DNA of 64,000 nt from Oopsacas minuta (lineage: Eukaryota > Animalia > Porifera): contig JAKMXF010000188.1 in NCBI GenBank assembly GCA_024704765.1, forward strand, positions 300,718 through 364,717, written 5' to 3'. This document shows positions 23,970 through 37,169 of this stretch, piece after piece; the stretch's first letter is position 1; each line of letters opens with the position of its first letter. Made by a program: the position numbers and the translations under genes. The notes beneath the pieces were generated by a model that did no database searches, had not been told where the DNA came from, and saw only the letters and a program-made list of their open reading frames with translations.

Positions 23970-25260
23970 TATCATGGCCTATTATATGCCAGAGATGGAA
24001 CCGGTCAGCTTTTTCATGACCCAACTGGTAACTTTGACTATACACTGCCTAGCCAAAGCATTGGAACCTCTGCCACTTGTGACACAAGTGGCACACGGCG
24101 AAATTATGTTGAATATTCTGTGGATATAGCAGAAAGTAGAAAATCTCTTTTGCTCAAGGTTGATGAATGAATATTTATTCAAAAATGTATGAAATAATTT
24201 TCAATAATTTGTCTATAACTAATGTGGCATTTATATTGGTGCCATGTGCTAATTGTGGCCCTGGCGTTCGAATATTATGGCCAGGCAGTATATAATGGAT
24301 GATTATACACATAATTCCTATGTAATACAGAAATGTAGAAAAGATAAAAATATTGAAATGTAGACAAATAATGAAATTATGACCGGCCGGTCGAGATCTT
24401 CGACCGGTACCCGACCCGACCCGACCGGTTCCATCTCTGTTATATACACGGCTAGCTATGCAAAGAATTTCCAAATAATATCCAGGCCATTGATTATATT
24501 CTGTTTGATCATGAAGGATTGCAGTTATCATTACAAATTCAACTGTAAATAGGATTCCACATATGGCGGAGACATCTAGAATACTTTTGAACCTGCTTTT
24601 AAGGTATTTTAACCACAATGATACAATCAAAGTTCATGGCCATATATGGTAATTTATTTCATCTTTATCAATTTTTTTCAGAAATTCTCAAAGCTTAAAC
24701 TAATCCTTTTATCAAAATACCTTCTACTTGTTAAATATTAGTTTAAGTAACCAAAAGATGATCTACATTTTCATAAACACGTTAAATAATAATATTTATG
24801 ATATTCGCCGTAAAACAACGTAAACAAACCCTCAATTTTTGGAAATCGAAGAAATTCCATCAAAAAATGTATGCAAACACAAAATAAGTCATAAATGTTA
24901 ACCATTTTTATATGCATATATTTAATACAGCCTTTCTATTGTGTTTTTGTGCTAAGTTAATACGAATAATGATTCATTTCATGGGATTTGTAGGTTTTTC
25001 GATAATATTAGTATTTATTAATAAAATAATTACCATTATTGAAGGTGAACTTTGATTGCGTCATTATGGTTAAAATAACTTGGAAAGCAGATTCAAAAGT
25101 ATTCTAGATGTCTCCACCGTATGTGGAAACCTACATACAGTTGAATTTGTAATTATAACTGCAATTCTTCATGATCAAAGAGAATATAATAAATGGCCTG
25201 GAAATTATTTTTGGGAATTCTTTGCTTAGCAAGCCGTCTATATAGTAGACCATGGTGATA
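23970..25260. repeat. Foldback-like long imperfect inverted repeat (arms ~24440-24660 plus 23970-23989, and ~25020-25260)
   Basis: e.g. GAGACATCTAGAATACTTTTGAA (24570) vs TTCAAAAGTATTCTAGATGTCTC (25092); homology continues across the hAT MITE insertion point. Confidence 0.8.
23990..24439. mobile_element. hAT-type MITE, 450 bp, nested in the arm of a larger inverted repeat
   Basis: Perfect 17-bp TIR CAGAGATGGAACCGGTC / GACCGGTTCCATCTCTG; 8-bp TSD TTATATGC/TTATATAC (7 of 8); ACCCG subterminal repeats. Confidence 0.85.
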
Positions 25261-25896
25261 TACATATTGTCTATTCCACAGAGTCACAAATTAGAATGCT
25301 GAATAAATAAGTATAATTAAAATTTAAAAATATTTGAGTTTCCATTAGTACTGATATTGGCCTTATTGGAAGTAAATGGGTACAAATTTCAGAGACTAAT
25401 CCAAGTAACAAATTGTTCCCTGTTATCTAGATTTCATTTAGGCCACTGTTAGTTGGAAACATGTTTCAGCTCCACCGCCCGCATCTGATTTGGCTACCGC
25501 ACTAATATTCTCATTATTGTCATTATTTCACCATTTACTCAATGTAGTTCAACTACAAGACGTATAAACTGGCTAGAGTATAATAGAAGTATCTTTTTCA
25601 TAGTTTAGCCCATTCTCATGCTCATATGTAAATTTTTGTTGTGCCTATGAAAATATAGTAAAGAGCTTTCTAAATAGTTGCAGGAAATTTGCTTCAAAGG
25701 TTATTCTCAGGTGATGGAGTACAGTGATTCCAAATATGATTTTGTCAACAACTTCTGAATACTTGTTGTCTACTAGTAAAGAAATTTCTAAATAGTCCTA
25801 GAAACTTGGTTTTGACGTTGTACAGGGTTACTGAGACGCTGATTCCAAATTTCAATCTAGTCATGTGTAAATAATAGTTCTTATGAAGATATCGAA

Positions 25897-25968
25897 GCAC
25901 GAAGCACCGAGTTACATGCGAGTACAGAGTGTTCGCAAGCCCCGCAGCGCGAGTAAGCGAAGCGGCTC
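25897..25968 (+). repeat. Interspersed repeat end with GC-rich hairpin (Helitron/Helentron-like terminus), copy 1
   Basis: GTTACATGC..CAGAGTGTTCGCAAGC..GCGAG..GAAGCGGCT shared with 31137-31210; related motifs at ~10810-10875, 33645-33690 and 3862-3900 (reverse). Confidence 0.55.
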
Positions 25969-27290
25969 ATTGTTTTGAAATGCTAAAGTATAAGTCGTTG
26001 TTCCCAGGCTATAATTTGGTGCGAATGATATACTGCTCCCATACTTAACAGGACAACACTGTATACATTCACATATTAATCTCAACTCCAATAATTTATT
26101 TCGTTCAGGGAGTTGCATAATACAACTTATCATATCATAATATGTACAAGAGAATACAGTAGTATCACATTACTATACGTATATCAGTATTTATATAATT
26201 TTGTATATAATTTCTGTTACTATTAATATTCTATTTTATTCTACTAAAGATATTTCTAAATATTTATTGGTCTTAATTCAAGCTAAAGATGAGTAGTTTC
26301 ATTAACTAACTGTAGTTTGTATTATATGTCTACTTGTAACATACACATTCTTGATTGTGTATATTATCATTTACAGTGAAATCTCCCCTAATGAGCTTTA
26401 TGTCAAAGTTTGGTTGGGCCGAAATCACTTTTAAAAAATTGTATTCAAAACGTCATCACGTGTAAACATACACTACATTGCTCGACGGGAGGTGTTGTAG
26501 TGACGGCTCATATTATTTGATTATGTTGGTCACTTGTAACTGGCAACCAGGTATACCCATTACAAACAATTTATGATATTAAGTACACCAGTGTTTATCT
26601 AGAAAAGACTTTTGTAATAGACATAATAGGCGTCTAGCAAGCATTGTATTGAATGTTACCAATAAATTTATCTAAATATTTGTGGAAAAATTCAATTCGA
26701 CAGAATATTTGGGTCGCCTGTCTTCCCCTTTTCCTTAGAGCCGCTAGAGGGAGCTAAACTACCCGACGATATGATAATCATTGGCAGACACTTTGGTGCT
26801 TATTGGGGGTGCTCAAAACAAATTTCCCCAAGGTAATTCAGGGTTGGCACATACACACCTGGTAGGGCAGATACTGCAACCGCAGTCAACCAATATTCAA
26901 AATGGTAATTGAACACTGAGTTTAACATTTACATGCTGATCTGAAATGATTTGAGGAAGTTATGGTGGGAGTGAAACGCTAATAAACGTAATATATACAA
27001 TTGGAAATACAAAAATTGTGGACCAGATCCAGGAAGTGCGGAAAAACTTTCTTGAATTGACATGGTACAAATATTGCATAATTTGAAATTCAAAATTTAT
27101 GAATTTTTGACTTTGTTCTAATCTTCCTTGTTTATACTTATTTGATTAAGAATGCTTGCTTACACATTGTGTTCGCATGAGTCGTCACTTCTTGCCTCGA
27201 ATTGAGTAAAATAAATGACCATGAGCTATACTACAGCATAGCCTATAGACTATTTGTATTAATTCGTACTCCTATAAATATTTAGCAATA

Positions 27291-28149
27291 ATGGCTACAG
27301 CTAATCCTATAGAACCCGAAACTGTTGAGAATAATTTAGAGAGGGTGAGAACTGGAATTGATTACACAAGTAGGATACAACCTCTAGTATGTGCTAGTAA
27401 GAGAGGAGAAGGAAATGATGAACTTAACTGTCTACTTTTTGTTACAGTTGAAAACATGACTGGAAATATTTATATCGCAGATTGTTTGAACAACTGTGTT
27501 AAAGTATTTGACAGTACTGCTAAATATATATTCAAATTTGGTGACATTAGAGGTGAAGGAAAGATGTCCCATCCAATAAGCTTATTTATTTGTAGGAGTA
27601 GGATTCTAATTACTCATAACCACTGTATGCTGAGCTATAACCTTGATGGTGAATTTATTTCTAGAATTGGTAAACCGGAAGAGGGAGAGTTAGAATTCAA
27701 CAATCCCGGTGGTATGGCAATCAATGAATTAAATGATGATTTTTATATTTGTGATTATTCTAACAATCCAGTTCAAATACTCTCAAAAGATTTCCAATTC
27801 AAATCACAATTTGGTTCATTCGAATGCCCTGTTAATGTTAAACTCTCTAAAGAATACATTTATGTGTTAGATGAATCTAATCCTTGTATCCATCTATTCA
27901 ATCATAACCACATACTCCAGAAGAGTGTAATTTCACTAGGACCAGGAAATCAAGTCATTCTTTATTGACAATTTTAACAACATTCTAATTGCTGATTATT
28001 CTTCTGATTCAATTTCTATCTTCAATCTTGAATTCCAATCAATTCACAATATTCCAGTCTCTGAGCATCCAACAGCAGTAACAGTAGACAGTCATGATAG
28101 AGTTATAGTAGTGTGTTATCATCCTGTGAACTGTCTACAGTTATTTTGA
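27291..28149 (+). pseudogene. NHL-repeat beta-propeller gene with a frameshift at ~27960
   Basis: NHL repeats (GNIYIADCLNNCVKVFD, FNNPGGMAINELNDDFYICDY, CPVNVKLSKEYIYVLD); +1 frame from 27961 continues FIDNFNNILIADYSSDSISIF..HPTAVTVDSHDRVIVVC to TGA 28149. Confidence 0.8.
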
Positions 28150-28614
28150 TATACAACTCTATATATGTGTGTATTTCTTTATTTCATTTTCTTCACTTTC
28201 CCTTTATTAACTCTACGTATTTCACGTATTTACTTACATTAGTAATATTCTTGATCAGTTTAATTTTCCTTACGATTGTGTGCATACGGCCACTGTTAAT
28301 TATATGCTTGTTTCAGTTCCACCTGAGCATTGGGGCTTTATTTCATTATCATTATTTCATTTTTTATGACGGAAACGCCTGTGGATTACCCGTAAGGTGA
28401 GCTAACAATCCATTAGATCTTACACATCATTCGTAAGAGTTTGCTTCTATTTTCAGTAAAATCAACTCCCTTTTTTGAATGAATATATTAAACTCTCAAA
28501 CCTTCATGGTAATATTTTATTTCATTTGTTATAGCGAAGTAAATTCTTGTGCTTGGAGTATTTTGTTAATGTCTACTATATTTACAATACAATCTTTATT
28601 TATTATATTCTTTA

Positions 28615-28930
28615 GAACGAGCCTTGGCTCGTCGCATTGCGCCTCGAGGTATTCATTATTCTCCAAATTGACGGCCCCTTTAAGTATTATAATATAGATT
28701 TATAATATAGATATATAGAGAACAATGTAATTCACAAATATATGTATATGGCATATATTATTGAATAATTTTGTAAGATCAACTCCCTTAGTACCCGTTG
28801 AGTGCAAGTATCTGCGTAAATTTTGAGATTTTGCTAACTTGTTACTTTATATTTATAAAAACAATAATAAATTTACATATGATTAATTCAAAAGTGTGAA
28901 AATCGCATTCAGAATGTTCGATATATTCAA
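28615..28930 (+). repeat. Interspersed non-autonomous repeat starting with ACGAGCC-TT(T)-GGCTCGT hairpin (Helentron-associated-like), copy 1
   Basis: Colinear with 54095-54350; same hairpin at 18525. Confidence 0.7.
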
Positions 28931-30251
28931 TGAAGTTTTATTGAATTCTATTTACTTCCTTGATAAAAACGATAAATACATAGTTTGCGACAATTTCAAA
29001 ATTGCATACCTTTAATCCTTTCCTTGGCAACGGCCAAACAACAATTGAGATTTAAGAATTCTTAGGAATTACATATCTACATTAGCTAATGACGAAATTA
29101 TGACTGAATTGTCACCTTTTTGGATTTCGAAAATCGCATTATTTCCACTACTCAGCCAATATACCTGATAGGACTTTGAAATTTGAATCACAGGTACCCC
29201 TCAATATGACAAAAGTCCTGACGTCATCACTTTGGCCTAATTCTGGCTCACCATACGTCATCATGACTGTACAAAAACATCAAAATTTCCTGAAATTCGA
29301 ATTATTTAGCATTTCATAGTACTCTAGACGCGAAGCGCCCAGATTACTAAACAAAAGCCACGTAATAGCTCCGGTGTTACCACATAAGGCAATTGAAGGA
29401 TTTATGGAGTGTATTGAATTCGAATTTCTCAATTCTGAGATGTCACATAACTATGTACTATTGATCGTGTCTACCAAAAATGTAAACAGAATTCATTAGA
29501 ACTTGACTAAATATAATGTATTACATTTTTGTAGGATAACAAATTTTATACAAATAAATGCTAACAAATTCAGGCAAATATGCACCTTTCCTACACTAAA
29601 GTAGTCCTGTATATACATGCTTTCAGCTAATACTGCATCCCTGGTACTTTTACTGTGGACAAATACATATTACTATTTTGCACATGTTGTCAGCCCTTTC
29701 ATCGTTTGTACAACTTTCGAAAAAATGTCCCCCTAGGGGCCTATAGTATGTATTGCTTTTATGCATTTCTCTAATCCAAACAAACTATTTTGAAATTGGA
29801 TAAGTGTTGTTCGGATTAGTGAGGATGTACTGTATTTGGAATTAGTGTACTCCATTATCCTAGAATAACCGTTAACACCAAGTTTCTAGAACTATATTCA
29901 TAAAAACACCAATATATTTAAATATGAGAAACTTGAAAATGAGAAATTCGGATTCAGCGTACTTCTTTACCCCATTGTACCCTTAAGAGAAAGTCTCCAC
30001 GTATATTTTCTCCAAAGGTGTGAATAGGAGAGCGAACATATATATACATACGTATGTATATACCTACCGCTAAGAAAGTCAACCAAATTGGGACTGTGCC
30101 GACTACTATAGTATAATCGGCACAGTAAAACAAAAACTAAATTTACAAATGATCATAGCCTACTAAATATAAGTCCTAACAGTAGAATTAGATACAATTA
30201 GTTAGTTTTGAATATATTGAACATTTTCCAAAAGTTGTATAGCCTTTAGGA

Positions 30252-30551
30252 CAGGGGTGGGCAAACATTTTTCTGCGCGGGCCGTATTCTAATTCCAAAT
30301 TTTATGCGGACCGTATTGACTTATGACTACATTCCATATTCTAATTTATTAGAGAAACTCAACTAGATAATTGTAAAATAATCAAAATTATACAAAATAA
30401 TTAACTAATATTAATCAAATTTTCCATGAGACGAAATTTCCGGATGCGTAAGGAAGAGTAATACAGTGATCAAATAATATGAATACTCAAATAACTTAAG
30501 CTAGGCGGGTCGGTTCAAAATCACAAGCGGGCTGTAGTTTGCCCACCCCTG
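30252..30551. mobile_element. Buster/Charlie-type hAT MITE, 300 bp
   Basis: Perfect 15-bp TIR CAGGGGTGGGCAAAC / GTTTGCCCACCCCTG; perfect 8-bp TSD CTTTAGGA with central TA. Confidence 0.93.
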
Positions 30552-31136
30552 CTTTAGGACCTGTTCTGATTAGCGAGGGTCTACTGTATTGTGAATATTT
30601 GTTATTATTTTGGTGTATAAAGTGAACAAACTTCCAAATAGACTTAGAAATTTGTTTCAACGGTTATACCAGGGTAATCGAGTAGGCTGATTCCGAATTT
30701 CGCACTTTCTAGCAGGGACAGTGGCGGTCCCAGGGGCCGTTAGCAAATGGGGCGTGCTGTTTGGGGAGATAAATTCGCAGATAGGTTACTGTACCGAATT
30801 TCAGTATTTTGAAATCGATTCATCAGATTAGAATTGCATAAATAATGATAAAAATATCGATGAAAACATAGATAAAAATAAGATGGAATGAATAGGATTG
30901 TGAATTGGAATGTAATTATCTGTTTGGATTTTGCACTTCTGTGAGAAACTAGATATCATTCAAAAGATAAAGATACAATATCGATAAATATCAATAAATA
31001 AACTGAAGAAGTCCTCGATTGTCGATATCGATTGGATTGTTAAAGAAGGATATCGACTGTTGGATTGATTGGATTGGCATCCCTGCTTTCTAGGTACTCG
31101 TTTGTAAATAATTGTTGTTCTCATGAAAATTTCGGT

Positions 31137-31210
31137 GCACGAAGTGCTGAGTTACATGCAAACACAGAGTGTTCGCAAGCCGCGCAACGCGAGCAATCGA
31201 AGCGGCTAGG
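31137..31210 (+). repeat. Interspersed repeat end with GC-rich hairpin and CTAG (Helitron-like terminus), copy 2
   Basis: Matches 25897-25968; ends GAAGCGGCTAG. Confidence 0.55.
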
Positions 31211-32435
31211 TTATTATTATTATTCTTCACATAATATGTCCCATTGTACATTTTATAACTTACTTGCTGAGATATAAGCATACGTATAGGATGATGCCCA
31301 TAATGCCTTATGATTAGAATGCACACTTATTATGGCATCATCCTTAGACTTTCCCTTCAAGAATTGTGTTGTCGTATAATTTCGGGACGGGAACTATTTT
31401 TATTACTGAAACCTTTAAAGCAAATGCATTTTCTGCCTTGATCAGGTTTTGCCCACAAAAATCCAAAATACCAAAAAATATTTGAGAAAGGTCCAACATT
31501 TTCAAGAATTTAACTCTGTAAATTTCATGTACGGGTATATTTTCAACATCAGGTTATTGATAGTCTAGGGGTGTCGGAAAAATGTGTTGATTGAGGTGGC
31601 AAAAAGAATTTGTTGGAGGCTCAGATTATCAATCTCTATTTGGAAAATATGTTATGCATGATCTTAATTAAGCACTTTATTCAATTCTTTATTATCGTAA
31701 GAACATTTCATTATTTGTTAAAACTTATGTAAATTTATAAATTGGCCCCCTCACTTTAAATTTGCTTCTGACGCAACTTGATTGATGCTATTTAGGTATT
31801 ATAGCCACACCTTAAATAATATCAATAGGCTCTGCTAAGTATGCTTGTATCTCATTACATTGTTTATATTATTTGCTTGCAAGTTGGGATATTTGATTTA
31901 GTATTTTTAACGTTTCTTCAAAGTGTAGCTGCTTAATGTCATGGACGTTGCAAACTACCACTAAAATTGTAAAATGGCCAATTTCACATATTGCCCTTAT
32001 CCCTTAGCATATATACATATTATTAATCGAGTTTTAATAGTAGTAGAGGCATGCAGGCCGTCGCTGTGGTGGGAAATCAGTGTATTTACCCTGAGGATCA
32101 ATAAGCTATAATAGTGGATGAATGAAAAACTGATCACGCACGGCCCTACATATTGGTTATGATTAACTATAACGATGCTACTCTATCTTTGGGGAGGCAA
32201 TCGCCACCTTTACTCCTTTGCCCACATGACCGTAGGCGACGATCCGGTTGGTCAGTATCCAAACGACCAACTTTGGTTTCTCTATATATTTGTATCGATA
32301 TGGGCCAACCTGACCAACTGAAATCTGCTTGCTACGGTTGTCCCATCCAACCCAGGATCCTCTCTTATGTTTACAATTTCAATAAGTAAGGATTTGCTCT
32401 GATGTGATTTGTTAATAGATTTCTTCGTAATATTG

Positions 32436-33314
32436 ATGCTCAGAACAATCAAAGACAAGCTCAAGAAAACATCTGAATACAACCCCCATCCCCCTCTTCC
32501 TATTGTATTTAATACCGGATTATACAACACAGGTTTAGCATTGAATAGAGAAAGAAATATATTTTTAGTGTATGGTTCCTGCACACATAATGCCTGTTGT
32601 TATTGTTATATTTTTACAGTAGAAGGTGAATTTATGACTCGGGTTTATCTTGGATTTAATGTCAGAAATCTACCTAAGTTACATGCTCCTCCGTTTGTTA
32701 GTTTTACTGATGAGCGAATTTTACTAGAGATAGATGGTAACAGAGTCCGTGAAATTTATGACTTAAGAGTTAATCTAATATGTTTTGAAGGGACAATTTT
32801 GGATGTCGATAAAGATGGAAATTATTATATTATTCCACACTATCCATCTGAGATTATTGTATTTTCTCCTTTCGGCATTCAATTATATTCTACGACTCTA
32901 TCGTTCGAATATTTGGGAAATGAAAAATTCTTTGTTACAAATAAGTATTTTTTCATTCTTAACTTTTGTTGGAGAAGACAAAATAATTATTTGAGTTTAA
33001 AATTACAAGGACATACAACTCAATTGAATATTCACCAATATTCTAGAACCACTGGGAATCTTTTAGAGACAGCAACATATTTGATTCCACCCCGTTTTAA
33101 CAGATGTTCTATAGACCAATCCAATAATGTTGTTATAGACTTTCATATGTCTAATGAGTATTGTGTATGTTATAGTGATGGAAGAGTTGCGGACTACAAG
33201 TTTGAAGATGAAATTAAGGATGGAACCATTACCAGTGAAGATTTCTTAATTACAGAAAATCTCCAACTTATTCGTATTTTCGAAAGAGAATGTAAAATTT
33301 ATAATCTATTGTAA
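32436..33314 (+). CDS. Uncharacterised beta-propeller-like protein, paralog B
   Basis: Intact ORF; ATG at 32436 aligns with paralog A ATG; last ~250 nt almost identical to paralog A. Confidence 0.7.
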   Translation: MLRTIKDKLKKTSEYNPHPPLPIVFNTGLYNTGLALNRERNIFLVYGSCTHNACCYCYIFTVEGEFMTRVYLGFNVRNLPKLHAPPFVSFTDERILLEIDGNRVREIYDLRVNLICFEGTILDVDKDGNYYIIPHYPSEIIVFSPFGIQLYSTTLSFEYLGNEKFFVTNKYFFILNFCWRRQNNYLSLKLQGHTTQLNIHQYSRTTGNLLETATYLIPPRFNRCSIDQSNNVVIDFHMSNEYCVCYSDGRVADYKFEDEIKDGTITSEDFLITENLQLIRIFERECKIYNLL

Positions 33315-33989
33315 TATACGTATTATATTATAATAATTATATTAATCTATATTATTAAATCTCAATCTCAATTGTTGTTTGTTTGTTTGTCCGTTGTCAA
33401 GGAAAGGATTTACGGTATGCAATTTTAAATTGTTTCATAACTATGTATTTATCGTGTTTATCAATGAAGTAAATATAATTCAATAAAACTTCACTAAATA
33501 TATCGGACATGCTGAATCCGATTTTCACACTTTTGGATTAATCATACGTAAATTTATTGTTGTTTTAATGAATATAAAGTAAACAAATTACCCAAATCTC
33601 AAAATATATATACAGGTTTGTCCTAAACAGCTAACACAGTACGCTGAACCCGAATTACGCGCGCAGCGCGTGCAAGTGAACCGGCTCATTAATATTATAT
33701 AGTTCAATTTATAAGGCTATTTTATATAATGAAATTAACAAACGGTAGAACTCGAATATAATCTTGAAAATGACCATAAATGGTATTATTGATAACTGTG
33801 CAATATTCTTTGAAGATATATTATCAAAATCTATCATCAGGGCATGGGTATATGTAAGGTTGGGTATTTAATCCTGCGTGGAAATAAAGAAGGTTTTATG
33901 GATACTAGATGGTGATTCTGTAGCGTACAATTATTCAATTTCAAAGTGGATTAAGAAATTCCTATATCTTAACCAAATTGGCTATAGAT

Positions 33990-34940
33990 GGAGTTAAAGC
34001 TTTGCAAAGTTCTATAGAAAATTTGTAAATAAATGTCTCTCCTCAGAGTTGTGATTGGAAGGGAAAATTGTCTGAAGCTAAAGAGCATTTGGTAGAGTGC
34101 AAGGTATTCCTTGTAGAATGTGATAGCTGCAATCAAATATTCTGAGGGGAGAGGGAAAAGCATGGAAAGATTATTGTCCGATGCGTATAATTGATTGTCG
34201 TTACTGTAACATAAAAGGAGAAGTTAGAGATCTGGATTACCCGATTTCTTGTTCCAATAATTGTGGAAAGATTTTTCTAGAATGCAATTGCTGAAACACA
34301 GGTCTGAGTGTGAATTAGAAGAGATTAGCTGTCCCTATACAGATTATGGATGTAAAGCAGGGACTATGTTAAGAAGAGATCTCCTAGCTCACAAGAAGGA
34401 GTTCTATAAAGAACATCAAGACATGAGCCTAACTAAACTGAATGATGAAATAGAGCAACTGAGAGAGGAAAATGTACCTTTAAAGAAGAAACAAACTGAA
34501 ATGGAATGGGAAACAAAGACAATGAAAAAAATTTGATGGTTTTGAGTGGGAAATACAGATTGTGGATAGACTATCTCATAATGAGAAGCTAGAAGGTCCA
34601 AAGTTCTCTATTAACAACTACAAACTGAGAATATATTCTATTTGTACTCAGCCTAGTTTATTTAGTGTGAAAATATTAAATTTCTATCTTAAGAGGATTG
34701 CAGGAGAATTTGACAGCACTTTATGAGCAGCTGTTATATGTCATTACAGAGTAATTATAGTTAACGAACAAGATTTCACACAATCACGTTATCAAGAAGA
34801 AGCAAGAAATTATTCCCTCGTGATTGGACTAGAGAGTGATGACATGTACACTGCACCATCTTGGAAATATAGAATCACTTTAAAACTGATAATTCTTTGT
34901 TTGTACTATTCTACTTTGATGTTAACAATACTGAACGATA
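33990..34940 (+). pseudogene. TRAF-family pseudogene (TRAF zinc fingers, coiled coil, MATH domain)
   Basis: Fragments CDWKGKLSEAKEHLVEC, YCPMRIIDCRYC, YPISCSNNCG, ECELEEISCPYTDYGC, coiled coil, then DGFEWEI..LEGPKFSINNYKLRI..FYLKRIAGEFD; several stops and frameshifts. Confidence 0.8.
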
Positions 34941-35199
34941 ACATTATTCGATAACCAATCTTGTACAGTTTAGGAGAAATTAGCGAAAATGGTTGGTGTC
35001 GGCCTTGGTATGATACAAATTATCGTTTGAAGCGATTTTCACTAATATCTTCTAAATTCTACAAAAAATGGCAACTGAGGCACCCTATTACTATGTATAG
35101 CCGTTGAGAGCATTTTCCAAGATTTCTATGTATTATTTGTTTAATTTATATTCATAAATCAATGATAATAAATATATGACAAACTTGAAAATGCTAAAT

Positions 35200-35940
35200 T
35201 CAGAAAAATGTCCAGCCAACAGACTGGTAGTGCAACTCAGGATTTTGTATTTTTGTTCTTTTCAGGGGGGCACGCGCACGTCCCCCTGACTCCCCGTGTA
35301 AATGTGTAAATGCCACAATACAGCTCCTGGATCTGATAAATATTTCAGGATATTCAATATTATTTGTCCCCTATTGTACTTCATGTTCTATCCTCAAATC
35401 TTATGAATAAAATTCCGAATAATTTTGGAAGTATTCACAAAGGTGTGAAATATAATTAATCATATGATAATTCATTTAGATATAGATTAGAAAATGTCAA
35501 AATTGGAATCTACATACTCGATTATCACTTACTAGCAGTTAAAATGAATTTCTAGCATGATATTGAATAATATGCAAAAAGGTGTGAAAATATGATTATT
35601 CATGTGATCATTCTGTGAATTTGTAACTTTCTGACTAGATTCTCAAAATCGTACTCTACCCACCCAATTACCCCTGACAACATGTTGAAACCCAATCTCT
35701 AGCATGATTTTGTATTATACATAGAAAGGTGTGAATGATTAATCTCCAAAAGGTTGTGAAATATTCTATTTTAGAAAACTTCATACTTGAGGTGAAAATT
35801 TCCGACCCCAAAAGCCAAAATGTATATGTATGCCAATTTTCATGGTCATTCGACTGCTAGATTTCACACGATCGCGGGACGTACGGACGTCGCACATCAT
35901 CCATGCCATTAGGCATCTCCTATAGGAGCTAGACTAAAAA
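35200..35940 (+). mobile_element. Helentron-associated-like (HINE-type) interspersed element, copy A
   Basis: AAAGGTGTGAAAT motifs; terminus CATCTCCTATAGGAGCTAGACTAAAAA with palindrome CTCCTATAGGAG; homologous copies at 19500-19890, 43515-44440 (inverted), 53640-53900, 54400-55190. Superfamily assignment is inference. Confidence 0.6.
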
Positions 35941-36221
35941 ACAAATAAATTTAGATGACTAGTTCAAAAGTGCGAAATCCTATTTAGAATATTCGATTTC
36001 CTTAGCCAAGTTTAATTGAATCTGTTTACTTTCTTGGTAAACACAGTGAATGCATAGTTATGTGACATTTCGGAATTGTGAATTCAATATTGCATGAATC
36101 ATTTCCATGGCAATATACAAACAGACATAAATACAACAATTTAATAATATGGATTATGTAAATTTGGCGGATTCAAGGTTCTTTTATTTTATGTAAATAG
36201 TGAAATAAATATAATTTAATT

Positions 36222-37169
36222 CTAGTTAGATCTTCTTAGCAGAGGCTGTATAGTATCGTAGTTGTATCTGTACACGAAGTGGCGAGACTTGTACCTTTCT
36301 ACACATGGCCGAATTATTGTAACCAAGGTGACACAAATGATAGGTAGGCTAATTGAGAACGAGGATATGACAAAGAAAGATCTATCAAGTATAAACATGA
36401 CATGATTCAATATTGAACTGATTGAAGCGTTCATATTTGGATGTATTTTGAATCCATATGTTACGTCTAGTAAGCAAAACGAGCCATATATTATCGAAAC
36501 CAAATTTACTAAAAACATCAGTGTAACGCCGAATACCCATAAGAAGTATGTTGAAAGTAGAATTTTCTGGCAGAATCGGTAGGTTTTGTAAGCTGATAAC
36601 TGCTCCTTGTATAATATCCTATTGTTTGAATGTAGTTCTAACTGTACTAAGTTAGATTTAAGGACTCGAGAGAGAATCTGAGTATCTCTGAACAGAATTA
36701 ACCAGTTCACAATCAAGAGTAGAGGGCATAATAACGTTGAAAATAGGATTGTATAAATTGTGGAACAAATGCTAACAACAAACCATTGCACAAGTAACCA
36801 GATTAAATACTTGAATAAAGTTCTCTTGAAAGGATGAACCAGATATCTAACTGCTAGATAACGAGTTAAGATAGACAGTAGGACAAATAAGGTTGCCATA
36901 AAGCAAAAGGGAAGTAGAATGATGGGGATTTGATAGGATGAGAAATACATAATGAGAGAGTTATGTTTTAAATTGCAAGTTGGGTATATAGTTACGATTC
37001 TTGCTTCATCAGCTACTTCTTGTTGAACCACTGGATGACTAGTAGCATAAATAACCAGAATAAATACTATTTCAGACAATTCTACACTCAGATATAATAT
37101 TACCAGCAAATATTTAACGAAGTGTGTCTCGAAATTGTAGAGTTTTCTCTGTTGAGAGAGATATTGCAG
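36222..37169 (-). pseudogene. 7TM receptor-like gene, 3' part (TM2-TM7), cut off by the Harbinger insertion
   Basis: Six hydrophobic segments in the 295-aa ORF; frame stays open up to the CAG TSD (QYLSQQRKLYNFETHFVKYLLVILY). Confidence 0.8.

Noticed and set aside
24175-24630. 151-aa minus-strand ORF
   Set aside because: Spans the hAT MITE terminus and the foldback arm; not a gene
26690-27060. Higher-GC patch, possibly an old transposase or gene fragment
   Set aside because: No convincing motif in any frame
29010-29750. Possible piggyBac-like element (TTAA-TCCTTT start, TGACGTCA motifs)
   Set aside because: No matching second terminus or TTAA duplication found
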